A stretch of DNA of 64,000 bases. Origin: Lama guanicoe. Lineage: Eukaryota. Position numbers and translations under genes: made by a program. Positions 29,268 through 52,723 of this stretch are shown piece after piece (position 1 is the stretch's first letter; each line of letters starts with the position of its first letter). Location of the stretch: the NCBI GenBank assembly GCA_013239625.1, contig MU053934.1:2932399-2996398 (forward strand), given 5' to 3'. The notes beneath the pieces are model-generated. The model searched no databases and was not told where the DNA came from. It was given only the letters and a program-made list of their open reading frames with translations.

Positions 29268-29529
29268 GGCTTGGCCAGACGCAGGAAGCTTGGGTGACAC
29301 GCAGCCTCTAGCTGTGCCCAGCCTGGTGGTTCTGACTCTGCTTCCACCAGGATAGTGTTTCTTCCTCCAACTCAGGTGGTGCGTGGGGTGACATCCCAGA
29401 GGCCAGGATTCCATGACACAGGCTCCCAGCAGAGGCAGGAGAGAAGGTGGTGATGGGCACAGGGGGAGGGGAGCTGCCCGCATGGTGCTGTGCTGGAGCC
29501 CCACCTCCCTTCCGTTTTACCTCTGGGGA

Positions 29530-29535
29530 AATAAA
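29530..29535 (+). terminator. MPST polyadenylation signal AATAAA
   Basis: First AATAAA after the stop, about 260 nt downstream. Confidence 0.75.
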
Positions 29536-30576
29536 ACAGCCACGTGCTCAATTCTTCCAACTGTGGGGCTGCCTTGACTTTCCTTGGCTCTTTGGCCTGT
29601 GGTTCCAAGATGCCCAGCAAAGCTCCATGGAGCCAGAGGGTCTTGAGGAGCCTGTCCCTGCCCTCTGAGCAGTGCTGGGGCCCAAGAGCCCTTCCATTCC
29701 TGTGGCCAGAATGTCTCCCAGCAAACCGTCTTCTGCTCCATAATTCTGGGGTCTCCCTTCTGGCTTCTGGGCTCTTGAGGGTGAATCTTTGCTGTGCTCT
29801 GCCTAGAGTCTCCCCCAAAGCACCCCGACAGGTAAGCAGTACATCTCATTTCAAGACAGAGGGGTCTAGAACTTAATAGGAGGCTGTCCCACCCCAGCTA
29901 GGACCTCCTGGAGGAGGGCAGGGTTTAGCCTAATTGGAGGAGAATCTAGCTCTAGACCCTGAGAGCCACACTTGCAGGCTAGCCTCTGGCGCTACCAGGG
30001 GGTGGGCGATCCAGGGGCTTTGATCCTTTCTGCTCAAGGAGAGCCTCTCTCCCTGGCTTTGCAACACTTAAGGACTCTTTTCTCTTCCCTCTGTATTTGT
30101 CGTTTGTGCAGAGGTGGACATAGGGGTCTGAGAAGGCCCCAGATGCCCCCTGTCATAACTGGGGCCATCCCTCCCCACCTTCAAGCCCCCGAGGTACCTC
30201 TTGGTAGTGAAGGGCCAGGGTCAGCCAGCACTGGGAGGAACCCTAGAAGGAAAAAACCAGAGTGGGCAGTGACTTATCTCAGACCTCATGACGGGTTCAT
30301 GACAGAGCTGGAACCAGACCCAGATCTCCAGGCTCTGAATTTACTCTTTTTCTCGCCTACAGTCCCCACCCCGCTTCCTGTGAGGCTGTGTCTCTCCCAA
30401 GTCCACAGGGATGGCAGGGGACTAGTGGCAGAATCCTGGTTTTCTGAATAAGAGATGTAAAAATCCCACCTCTCCAAGCTTCAGCTTCTTCATCTATAAA
30501 ATGGGAATAATACAAACTTCAGACGAAAGGATTTCAGACGAGGATCTGGCCAAGAACCCAATGCGGAGTCCCAGCT

Positions 30577-30783
30577 TTCTAGCTCAACCTCAGCATAACT
30601 GACGTTCGGGCCGGATGATTCTTTGTTGTAGGGGCCATCCTGGGCACCAGAGGAAGTTTAGCAACATTTCTGCCCTCTATCCGGAAGCCAGCAACACTAA
30701 CCAATTTTGAGAACCAAAAGTGTCTCCAGACATGACCAAATATCCCCTGAGAGGCAAAAGTCACCCCCAGTTGAGCACCGCTG
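30577..30783 (+). mobile_element. MER20-like hAT DNA transposon remnant
   Basis: ctcaacctcagca..tgacgttcgggccggatgattctttgttgt..gtgtctccagacat..cccccagttgagcaccgctg resembles the recalled MER20 consensus. Confidence 0.75.
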
Positions 30784-33539
30784 CTGTAGGAGCGGTGGCC
30801 ACAGTCGACCACAGCAGTCAGGCCCAGTGTAGACAGGGATCCCCACATGGAGGGGATCCCTGTCACCCCACCATAAGCCCCTTCCCCTGGGGGCTGAATA
30901 CAGCAGTTTAGAAACCTTCCTTTTGTGCTGGTTTCAGACAAACCACGTTTTCTCTCCCAGAAGCACCCCTGCCTCTTCAAGGAGCCAGCTTTGTTTGCAA
31001 ACATGAGAGGTTCTGATCAGCTGCCCCTTGCAAGGCTGCCTGACCTTGGATGCACTGCTGAGCCTCTTTGAGCCTCATTTTTTCATTTTTAAGATGAGAG
31101 TAATTGTACCTTCTTTGAACAATAGGGGGACTGAATAAGTGAATCCATAGAAACTGTTGACCGCACAGAGTCAACATCTAGTGTTACAGTTATTTTTTAA
31201 AGTATATTTATTCAGCATGTTGAGTGCCCTCTGTACTTCCTGCACTGGGAGAGAGGGAACATGCATCTGAGAATTGTGTTCCTGCCCTGGGAAAGCTTCC
31301 CAGCCAGGGAGGAGAAACAGGCCCATAGTATGTCTTTTAGAAAGAAATGGTGAAATGATCTATTTTACAACAGACTCATGTTACAAGTGAGAAAACAAGT
31401 TCAGAGAGGTTGAGTAATTTGCCTAAGGACGCACAGCTATTTTGAGAGAGGAGCCAAATTGGAGTTAGAATTCTCAAGGCTGGAGCCTCTCCAATGGGTC
31501 AGGGAAATCTGGGCTGTTTTTCCCAAATTCAGGATCCAAGAGAGAAGGGAGTGTAACTCAGGGTTTGGAAACACATGTGACAAGCTCATGGGAGATGGCC
31601 AAGTGTCTCTCCAGCTCCACAAGAAGACACCTTGAGCTGAGCCCTGGAATTTAAGCAGGGGGGTCGGGGGGAAGGTTAGGCTCCCTTCCCCCACCCCAGA
31701 TGCACCATCCTTACCCACCCAGTAAGGAACCCTGGCTGATCTGAGCTGGGGCTTTGTCCTCCTGGGAAGGTTCTCGATGGGTCTGGGCAGGTTCAGAGAG
31801 GACCTGCCCAGAGGCGGGAGAAGGGAGATGGAGACATGCCTTTCTTTGATCCTCAGAGCTACGGTTGGTTTAACTTTGCAGGAGCTGGCTAGGAAAGACA
31901 CAGGGTCGCTCTGAGCCCTGCCGTGTCTCCTGCAAGTCTGAACTCCCAGAGTAATCAACCGCTCACTGCAGGGTCCCATCCTATCCCACCCTGTGTGTTC
32001 CAAGCAGAAACTTTCAACACAGAACAATGAGGATGATGAAATTTTTGTCTACTCGGCAAATATTTGCTGAGCACACCCTCTGTGTCAGGGAGAGCTGAAA
32101 GTTTGCCAGGCTTGCCTAACCAGCTGCACTGGGTTGAGTTCACTCCCTGGCTCAGTGCCTCAAGGGGCCTCGAGGGGTCATGGCCCGAAGAAGCCCCAAC
32201 CCCACACAGTGGGCCGAATAATGAATCGACGTACTGATTTGGTCCTGGCACCGCATGAGTCCCCAGAAGTTCTGCTTTCCAGACCCTTCCAGTTTGGGTT
32301 TCAGTCATCTCATCTGAAAAATGGGAGCAAACTGCCCTGCCACTCACAGGGTGGGTGTGATGTCAGGTAAGATAAAGCACAAAGCAATATAAGGTGTTTC
32401 ATATTGTAGGTCATTCCTACCGGAAATCACACCCCAGGTGTATAAGCAGAATGGAGTGCTGTTATTCTTAATGTATGGGGAATGAGTCATCGGGGAGGAG
32501 ATGAAATTTTCAGGTGAACTGAAGCTTTATAATTTTAAGCACCCAAAATGTTAACACATTAACCTATTGGGGGTGGGACACCGTGTATTGGGGGTACCTG
32601 AACTCTGTGGCTTTATCCCTTTATTGCCGGGGCTGTTTGCCCCTTTAGTAAATGGCCACCATTGCTGTGACTTTCCAGTCCTCAAGTCCCTGCAATGCCA
32701 GATCCTCCTCACCAGCCGTCCTTCCTTGTAACTCTCTGTGTTCTTCGGAGTCTCCCCCTGCTTCTTGGGGGAGCCTACTCCCTCTGGACGATGCCACCAA
32801 TTCCAGGGCTTAAAGCACTATGTTGAGCTGGGGACAAGGAACACCGACAGAGGAACAGGGTGAGGGGCAGTGGACACTGGGATCTGAGTCCATCAGTCAG
32901 ATACCTCTCTTGAGGTCCCAGGAAAGGTAGGGCTGGGACTGGAATCCTGGATGAAATGACTCCATGGCGTTCATCTCTGTGAGACGGGATTGAGGAGGGG
33001 GATCAGAGAAGAGGGAGTGGGGCATTTTTCTGGGTTGGGGGGGTTTCATAAACCCCCTACAAATGCACTCACACGTGCACACATGATCACACCTTTGTTC
33101 ACAGGTGAGGAATAAGGGAACCAGAAGCACGGTGGCTTGCCGGGCTAGGTGCGCATTCTGATCCATTTCTCCTGGACTCTGCTGTAAAAGATGTACTCCC
33201 ACTCCTTAAAGAACATAGTAGCAATCAGCAGGGAAAAACCCAAGGAAGGAGGCAATCACTGGGTGCTGAAAACCAGGCACAATCCTTAGGTGGAAGCAAG
33301 TGATAAACTGCAGAACCGTGTGGCCCAGAATGAGAGGGGAGGGGCCTCCAGAAGGTCCCAGGTGAGCTGGGGCCCCGGAAGGCTTCTGGGAGCCGGGGCA
33401 GTGGGGAGGGTTATTCCCCAGTGGAGGCTGTTTTGTGTCCACTCTTCTCACTTTCTTCCCCTGCCAGCCTCCGCTCCCTCTCGCTCCTGCTTCTTGCAGC
33501 CTTTCCCCATCTCTGAACCGTGAAAGTCTTGACAAATCA

Positions 33540-35100
33540 CATAGACACTGAATGAAGCTGATATGCGCTTACCCTGTGACTCAGCAAATCCCACTTCTAG
33601 GACTTTTCCCTGAAGACACACCTCCAACAGTATGAAAACCTTTATGCGTGATTGCGTTACTTATTTGTAACATTACTTACTACTTATTTGTAGCACTATG
33701 TGTAATCATAGAGTATTGGAAACAACCTAAATGTCCGTAAGGAGGACGGTTGAATAAACTCCGGTCCATTCACACCGTGGAGAGCTGTGCGGATGTGAGA
33801 AAAATGAGGAAGATCTCTGCAAAATGATGTGGCCTGATTTCTAGGCTATATTGTTAAGTCCAAAAGCAAAGTGGAAAAGAGTCTCTATAGTAGGCTGCCT
33901 TTTGTGTAAGAAAGAAGGGGAAATAAGAAAATATACGTGTATCTGTTAATTCCTGCTTAAAAAAAAAAACCCACAGGAAGAACAAACCAGAAACTTTATT
34001 TAATGAGACTGGCTACCTCTGGGGATGGATGGCAATAGGGTGAACAGATGAGGGTGAGACATTTCTGTGTATGACTTCCTGCGTTGTTTTGACTTTTAGA
34101 ACTGTGTTATGTTTTGCACACTCAAAAACCAATGAACAAGAATGAGGGGAAACACAAGGATGTAGTCAGTAATGATACTGATTAATTCAAAGGGCTAAAG
34201 AGTAACTGTGCAGATCAGCAAGCTGGCTGACACCATCGTAACAAAACGATCAGCGTTAACCTTCAGTGATGGGGTAAAGTGACATGTGTACCTCCTGAGA
34301 TGATGCACTGAGAACACGGAAAACACAGCATCACTTCTGGGTTCCTGCCAAGGATGCATACAATGAATCTAATCATGAGGACACATCAGACAAACTCAAA
34401 CTGAGGGCCATTCTACAAATTAAGCAGCCTGTACTCTTCAAAAAAGGGAGACAAAGACAGGCTGGGGCAGGGGGGGCTGTTTCCTATCAGAGGAGACTAA
34501 AGAGACATAACAACTAAATGCAGTGCATCCTGGATTGAATCCTAAACTACTTTTTTTTTCTTTTGCTATAAAGGATAGTAGTGGGACAAATGGAAATCTG
34601 AAGAAATCTGTAAATAAGTTAATGGTATTGTATCAAAATTAATTTCCTGACTTTGAAAATTGTACTGTGGTTGTGTAAAAGAATGTCCTTATTTTTAGAT
34701 TCCGCTGAAGAGTCTGAGTGAAAGGCCATGAACTCTGATTACTCAAGGTCTCAAAGGTCATGACTCAATCAAACAGTTCAGAAAAACAAGAAAGAAGGGA
34801 GACAGAATGAAAATGCAAATAACATTTGGCTCTACCAGAATTCTTTGTATTATTCTTGCAACTTTTCTCTGAAATTACTTCAAAATAAATGTTATTTCTT
34901 TTTGTAAAATTTTAATTTGTATACAAATTTTAAAGGTTACTTTCCATTTACAGCTATTACAAAATATTGGCTCTGTTCCCTATGTTGTATGTGACATCCT
35001 TGAGCCAATCTTACACCCAGTAGTTTGTACCGCCCACTCCCCGACCCCTATATGCACCCCCCACCCGGTAACAAGTTTGTTCCCTGTGTGTTCTGTTTTT
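33540..35100. mobile_element. Old L1 (L1M-type) 3' region on + with a second L1 tail on - (~34895-35100)
   Basis: ttaccctgtgactcagcaaatcccacttctagga, ggaaacaacctaaatgtcc and similar L1 3' motifs; AT-rich. Confidence 0.7.
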
Positions 35101-35961
35101 CAGCACGTGTCTCCTGATCAGTTTCACAGCGCTGCTAACTGCACCCACATTCTAAACAAAGAACTAGACCATCTAAAGCAGTTCTTTGAACCGAGGTGGT
35201 TAAGAACTAGTTTTAGAAACCTGAGGAGTCCCCACCTCCTGCTACAGCAAAGAGAGATGCCAGCAAGAGGCAGAGGGAGGCTTTCTCTAGAGGCAGTTGC
35301 TGGGATCCGTGACACTCCTCATGGGAAGAGGTGCGTGGGGTGCCCCACTTCCCGCCGACTGAGTCGGGGTTGGGGAGTTTCACGGAGGCCATTTGCAGAA
35401 CTTGAGCTGTGAGTCCTGGATTCTGGGGGCGCAGAGGGTGGGCGGGACCCATGCCTGGCGAAGCCTAGGGCGAGATGCTGGCCGGGCTGGCTGCTGAGTG
35501 GTCGTATCAGGAGATGCAGCTGTGCAGGGTAAACCTTGTCAGCACTGAGCAAGCCACAGATTCCCGGGGACCCGCTGAGGACCTGGATGAAGAAGATAGC
35601 TAGGAGCTGTCCAGAAGGGACTTTATGCATGAGGGCTGTGGGGTGGGGCGAGGCGGGAGGGAGTGGGACCCAATGACGTGGTCCTCAGGTGGGATGTCCC
35701 AGGCACACAACTGGAGAAAGCCCTGCCTGGGTAGGAAACCGCAGCGTGAGCCACTCGTAGCAATGCGGGCTCCAAAGAACCCTCAAAACAATCCTCCACA
35801 GGAGCCAGAGGGACGTTTGCAGGGAAGAGTGGGGTCCCTGGGGGGAGGCTGATAAGTTAGCCGGCTGTCATGACCTCAGTCCTCCGGAGCTGATCTTCTG
35901 AAAAGAGGAACCAACAGGAGCGGATGGACCGCGTGGACCGGGTGGGCCTGGCCAGGCTGGT

Positions 35962-35975
35962 GCGCCCCCTGCTGG
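35962..35975 (-). promoter_or_regulatory. Candidate CTCF site
   Basis: Reverse strand CCAGCAGGGGGCGC matches the CTCF core consensus; lies in a local CpG-rich patch. Confidence 0.6.
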
Positions 35976-37595
35976 TGAAGCCAAACAGCCGGCCACACTC
36001 CCGCCAAGGCAGGACCGGCTGGGAGTCCGCTGAGCCCCGGCCCACTGATTGAAGAGAGCAGCGCCCAAGCTGAGGGCATCCTGCTGGGACCCGGGCTGGG
36101 AAAGCGTCACGGTCAACCCCAACTGCAATTTCGTGCAAATTAGAGAAGGCATTCCTTCCTCCAGACCCTTTCGCGATGCGAATGGCGCCCCCTGGAGTCT
36201 GCAGACATTACGGGGCCTTCTCGGTGAGCTCTTTAAGGGAGGAGGGTCCGAGTCTCCTTCATTTCTGCAACTCTAAAATCCAGTACTTGGGTCAGGCTTG
36301 ATAAATGTTGACAGTTAGAGGAAGTTCGAGGTAAATGAGTTGTGGCATACTGTTATCTTATAGATAATCAAGTGTGTGGACTCGGAGCCCCATCTGTAAA
36401 ATGGGTATAATACCTACATGGGCTAGAAAATGTGTGGCACATAACAGTCATAATAGCTAACATTTACTGTATGTAATCACACTAAAAAATGTGAATAACA
36501 TTATGATGTAAATATTGCAAATGGTATAAGGAGTTGAAGGATTTTTATACCTAATTTGTGAGGTCTCACAGCCAGGGAACCTTGGAGCAGAGATGTCAAC
36601 TCTGGACCACAGGCCTCTGAAAGCTTGTCTGAATATTTCTGGCTGGTCAGGACACACTCTCTTTCACTGGTTATGCTTGCTCTTTTCCTCAGGTGACCCC
36701 AAAAAGGTGCTGACTCAGAACCAGCCACCCCGCTCTCCAAGGTAAGAGGCAGAACTGTCAGCCAAGGCAGTGATAGGATTGGATTTGATGTGAAAAACCA
36801 ACCACGCACACACACAAAAGAGTCAAGACTAATCAGAATGTTCTGACATTCTGAACATGGGGAAGAGGGGGACTGAATCCAAAAAACCCAGCAGGGGTGA
36901 ATGACATCTGAGTCACGGAACTGACAGCGGATGTGAACAAGCCACTCAGATGTGGGGGATGCTGCTAAGAAGTTCAAAATAGGATGCGGAGATGTGCTCG
37001 GCTGAGAACTTCAGGGATATATTTTATTTCCCTCAGCTCTGTCTGGCAGTAGAGTGACTTCTGGGTCCCTTTAGTTCTCGGGGGTTTAGTATGAGGGAAT
37101 TTGCAGCCACTGTGCTCTGGAAGCTGGATCATTTGGGGTGGATGTTCTCTCTGCTTCTCTGACTTCAGAAGGGAAGTGTTGGTTGGGTTGGTTCATTCGT
37201 GGCCAATAGGAAATGGATCTGAAAGGAGCAGCCTTTGGCTCAGGCTCTGATCTTGGGTCCAAACAACAACAGACAGAGTGGCAGGATCTATTTCACAAAA
37301 GCCAATATTCACTGAGACTTTAGCCGGGCTGTGTCCTGAGGGCTCTTCACATGGCTTCATGTGTTTGCTTATTGAATCCTCACAACTGTATGAGCTACGT
37401 ACTGTTATTAGTATTCCCAATTTAGATATGGGGAAGCTGAGGTTCAGAGAGGTTAAGTAACTTTCCCAAGGTCACCCAGCTAGCAAGCCGCAAAGCCTGG
37501 GCTGGCATCCTTAGCTGGGAGCTTGTGCCCCTTAGCCACCTCTCTGACCTGTCTCACCTTCAAGCCCTATTCAGAGCCATGTTAAAAAGCACCTG

Positions 37596-37735
37596 GAGAG
37601 GGGAGGGTATACCTCAGTGGTAGACTGTGTACTTAACATACACAAGGTCCTGGGTTCATTCCCTAGTACCTCCATCAAAATAAATCAATAAAACCTACTT
37701 ACCTACCCCTCAACAGAAAAATATTGAAAAAAAAA
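37596..37735 (+). mobile_element. tRNA-derived SINE (Vic-1-like)
   Basis: Same head and tail; TSD aaaaagcacctg at 37584-37595 / 37736-37747. Confidence 0.85.
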
Positions 37736-40700
37736 AAAAAGCACCTGAGAACTGCTCTTCCCAAAAGGGGACAGCAGGGGGCAGTGTAACCAGCAGCCAT
37801 TTGAAGTCTGGCTCTCCTCCAGGGTAACTAGCATCCCGAGAAGTGTCTAAGGGATGTTTGGTTTTATCCTTTAAATGCGGAGGGCATGCGTAAAACTGTG
37901 AAGAGCACCAGTCCATGATTACAAGCAGGACAGTCTAGGATTCCATGTTTTGTCAAAGCCTCTTGTACCCATCTCCCCCAAACCGAAGCCCCCTTTAGGG
38001 CAGGATCCACCCCACCTTCATCTCCGTGTTTCAGTGTTTGGCACATTGATGGTGCTCCACAGACAGCGATGGCACTGAATGGCGGTTGGTGGGAGGGATG
38101 TGTTGCTTTGGGGGAAGATTTTAAGTGCTTACTGAGGGGATGCTGGTGTCTAGGGATAGGTGGGGGCTTCTGAGGAAGGAAGGGGGTGAGACTGGCTCAT
38201 CTGAAGCCACCCTCTCCACTTTGGGACCAAAGGTGCTGGCCTAGCTTCTCCGACACCTCTAAGATCCCAGCGACCTCTAAGATCCCAAGTGAGGATGGCA
38301 ACGAGCCCTGGCAATGAGCTAAGCGGGCCTTCACTGGACCACTGAGATGAGCGCAGTTTCCTCATCTGTACCTTGGGGATAAAAACGCCTGCAGAGGGGT
38401 GCATCAGGGCTCCATGTTGGCTTGAGCTTTGGAGTCAGTGGGACAGACCTGAAGGCCGGCTCTGCCCTTTGTAGCCACTTTCGGCACCACCTACGGAGGG
38501 CCGTGGTCCTGGAGCCTCAGTCCCATCTTCCAAGGTGGGAACAAGGGTCCACCGCATGGGGCTGCGGTGGGAATTAAATGAGATGATGCATGGGCATGGC
38601 CTGGTCCGGAATAATCCCTCCATGAGTGACAGCTGCTGCTGCTGTGACCGAATGCCTGGAGCACAGTTTCTGGCACATCAGATGAGTTAATGGTAGCCTC
38701 TGCTTGAGCACACCTGTTACACGGGGTGATGCGCTGAGAACAGCGTCTGGCACGTAGGAAGCACTAAAGCAGTGAAACAAAATACCACAGAAGCCAGTGT
38801 CCTAAAGACACGCTCAGTGTCAGGGATTTCTGTTCCATTCGCCTCCCCCAAGCCAGGCCCATTGTGACACCTGCGATACGGCTGCCCAGGGATGGGGTCT
38901 GTCCCCAAGCTCACTGTGCAGTGGGGGGAAACACAAGAAAATGGGGCTATGGGAAGGAGGGAGAGGGGCCCTGGGCAGGTCACCCCCATTTCTCCCTCCT
39001 GGCCCCCTGGCTCTCGCCCCATCCTGATTGTGCCCCAATAACGCCAGATGAAACTTCCCAAAGTGACAATGTTCTTCCTTGGTTTAAAAATTTGATGCTG
39101 TTTAAGTGCTGCACCGTCCAGGCTCCTCACCGGGGAGAGGCGCCCCAGGTGGCGGAGGGCTGGCCCAAGAAATGTGAAATCTGCCCCATATCTGCTGAGT
39201 GATCCTGTGCAAGTTACTCCATGCCTCCAACCCTCATCACATCTGCAGGCTGGGTCAGGCAAGCCCTGCGTTCCCGCAGCTCCAGGACGCTGAACTTCCG
39301 CCTTCTCAGCTTTCACTGCTTACGTGAACTTGCTCAGTACAGCTGGCCCACGCCTGGTCTCTGGAGTAGTGCTCTTGTTCCTCGCCCTCCAGACTTTGCC
39401 CGGTCCTCTCCATCGCCGGGAGCCACCTCCCGGGAGAGCCTTCCCAGGCCCCCAGGTCCAGGACTCTCATGTCCTCTTTGGGAGGGTCTCCTTCCTGCTC
39501 TAGGCTTGAGACAGCTCCACCTTTCCTCTCTAGCCCAAGCTGCTCTCCCAAGTATCACACCCACAGGGACAATTGTCACTTGCCCCACAGGCACTGCAAA
39601 TGAGGGTTCAAACTGACCTCCTCACCCCTGCTCACTCCCCAGATCCACCTCTCCTGCTTCAGGGAAACACTATTAGTTCAAGCCAGAAGCCAAGGCTGTC
39701 AGCGTGGGCCCCCCTTCCTCCTCCACCTTCCTCTTTCCCACAGTCCCTGCAACCTCGACTTCCGCCTCCCAGGTATCCACCGAATCCGCCCACTCCTGTC
39801 TTTGCCCATTGATGCTGCCTTGGTTGGGGCTTTCTGACTCCTCACGCACCCCTCACCCCTTATCCTGTCTTGAACTATCCCCCCTGCAGCCCCAGAGTGA
39901 TCCAAGTTACAAATCTGGCCATGTCATTCCCTGCCTACAACCCTGAAGTGAGAAAAGAAATATTCCCTGCTCTGGCTTTGTTTTAACTGACAATGGTTGA
40001 GGACTCAGCAAGGGCCAGGAGTGCTGCTGATCTTCCAAGGCCAGTTCATATCCCATATCCCGTTTTATTCACTCATCCATTTATTCAATATATTAAAATC
40101 TCAAAGACTATGCCGGCTGTTTTACAGACATCATATAATTTAATCTTCACCACAATTCCCACTTTTCACAAGAGAAAGTTTCAGAAAAGAAGTTGCTCAA
40201 GATCACACTTGAACTTGGGTTTAAGAGAACACAAGTTCCCAAGAGCAGGATTCCAGCAGCTGTGACCTAACCCATTCCCTGCCAAGGGGAAAGGATTATG
40301 GAGAAGGCAGAGCTGGAGGGGTAACAGAACCTTCCCTGGGCAGAAGGCCAGTCTGTCAGTGTGTGTGACACTGGCATCATTGAGGGGACCCTCAGGTCCC
40401 TCCTCCTTAATCCAGGACCAGGACTGAAACAGTGAGAAGGAAAGGAAGTTGAAGAAGACTGCTTCCCTTCAGCCCTTGTCCCTCCCTGGTCCCAAATCAC
40501 ATGAAGATCTTCCCCCTTCCCACATCCTGCAGGACCCACGACAGCAGTCCCACCTCCGAGTTATCTGGTTCAGGAGAGCACCCTCAGAACCAATCCCCAC
40601 CTCCCCCTGTCCTGAATTACAGATGAGAAAACTGAGACCTGCAAGAGCCAGGATCTCCTGACTTTCATTCCGTGCCATCTCCACTCTTCATCCCTAGAAA

Positions 40701-41246
40701 TCTTCCCCAAGGAGCTCTGACAACCCCTGGCAGGGATCAGGAAAGGGTCTCGGTGTAGAAATGCACTTGGAACCCACCTGGTTAGTGCCAACCTGCCACT
40801 CACCAGCTGTGTGAGTCTAGCAGATCACTTCACTTCTGTGTTCTCATCTGTAAAATGGGTGCAAGTAACACCAGCCTCACTGACTCATTGATGCTCTCAT
40901 GGCTGCTGAGAGCATCAGTGAATAATATATATGCATAAAGCGTCTGGGCTATAGAAGGTGCTGAGCCAACTTTAAGCCCAGCTGTGTTGTCCTCAAAGAA
41001 TTTATGTGGAGAAAGAACCCAGCTCTACCCCTGCTTCCCGAAAGGGCAGAATGACGGAATATTAGAAAACAGATACAGGCAAATGCTATGAAAATTTGGG
41101 GAGGCAGAAGTTTCCTCTCATGTCAGCTGCTTGCTAACCCAGACTGGACAAAGGGAAAACAATAATGTGGAGACCAAATGGGATGATTGCTGAGTTGGGG
41201 TATCACTCACTATTTTCCCAGTGACCTCGAACTTGACCTTCCCTAA

Positions 41247-51605
<10,359 letters not shown>

Positions 51606-52717
51606 AATCCTTTATTTTTGTACCATGGGGTGGGCCCCCGGCCCGAGGCGGAGGAAGAGTTCTCCCCCTTGTCACCTCTGTCTACACCTGTGGGGCTGTG
51701 ATTTACCCCTGCCCCTGGGGGCCAGGTGGAGGCCCTCTGGGAACTCTCAAGGCCTGAGGTGGGCCCTGGGGCCCCTGGGCAGAGCCACCTGCCTGTGGCC
51801 AAAGTGTATCCCCCTGCCCCCTCTTATATTCTAGGTGTTAGAAGCCAGAGGCACCCGGATGTGAGGCCCCAGATCACCTCCAGGGACTTGGGGTTCCGAT
51901 CTGAAATCCTTTATTTTTGTACCATGGGGTGGGCCCCCGGCCCGAGGCGGAGGAAGAGTTCTCCCCCTTGTCACCTCTGTCTACACCTGTGGGGCTGTGA
52001 TTTACCCCTGCCCCTGGGGGCCAGGTGGAGGCCCTCTGGGAACTCTCAAGGCCTGAGGTGGGCCCTGGGGCCCCTGGGCAGAGCCACCTGCCTGTGGCCA
52101 AAGTGTGGTGCTGTCCAGCTGTGTCTCCCGGGCCCCCACGTCCCCTCCCCTGGGTCCCCCAGCTGCATGGCAGATACGCTCCCTCCCAGCCCAGTCACGT
52201 CACCTCCTTGAGCCTTAGTCTCCCTGTCTGTCAAATGGGTTCACTTCCTGCCCTACCTACCTCACAGGGTTGTTGTGAGGTTACAAAGAGGAGCAAAGTC
52301 CTGGAAAGCCCTCAGGGAGTGTATAAAGCGCAGACAGGGGCGGCCCTCCCTTTACCCTTCCCTCGGGAGTCGGGGACCTGTCTAGCCCTGGGTGGAGATT
52401 CAGGGTTTGGTGGGAGATGGAGGGTGTGGGGGTTGGCCCTGTGGGAAGCAGGGGATGTGTGACTTGGCCTTCACCTTGGCTGCTCCCACCCCTACGCCCT
52501 CCCCGTCTATAGAGGGCCCTGGCCCAGAGGGAGGCAGGCCATGGCTTAGAGAGGCAGTGCGGCCACTCAGGAACTGGTGACAATGGAAAGGGGGACACTC
52601 CTCCCTCTGCCAAGGGAAGAGTCTGGGGTGGCAGGGGCTGAGTGAGGAGCCCCCTCCTGCATTTCTGGCCTCCCGGGCTGGGTACTTGCTTCTCAGCTGT
52701 GTCCGACCCCCCCGTGA

Positions 52718-52723
52718 AATAAA
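52718..52723 (+). terminator. KCTD17 polyadenylation signal AATAAA
   Basis: gtgaAATAAAacc, first AATAAA seen after the terminal exon stop. Confidence 0.7.

Noticed and set aside
38255..38287. 15-bp direct repeat acctctaagatccca with a 3-nt spacer
   Set aside because: Only two copies; ordinary micro-duplication, not an array
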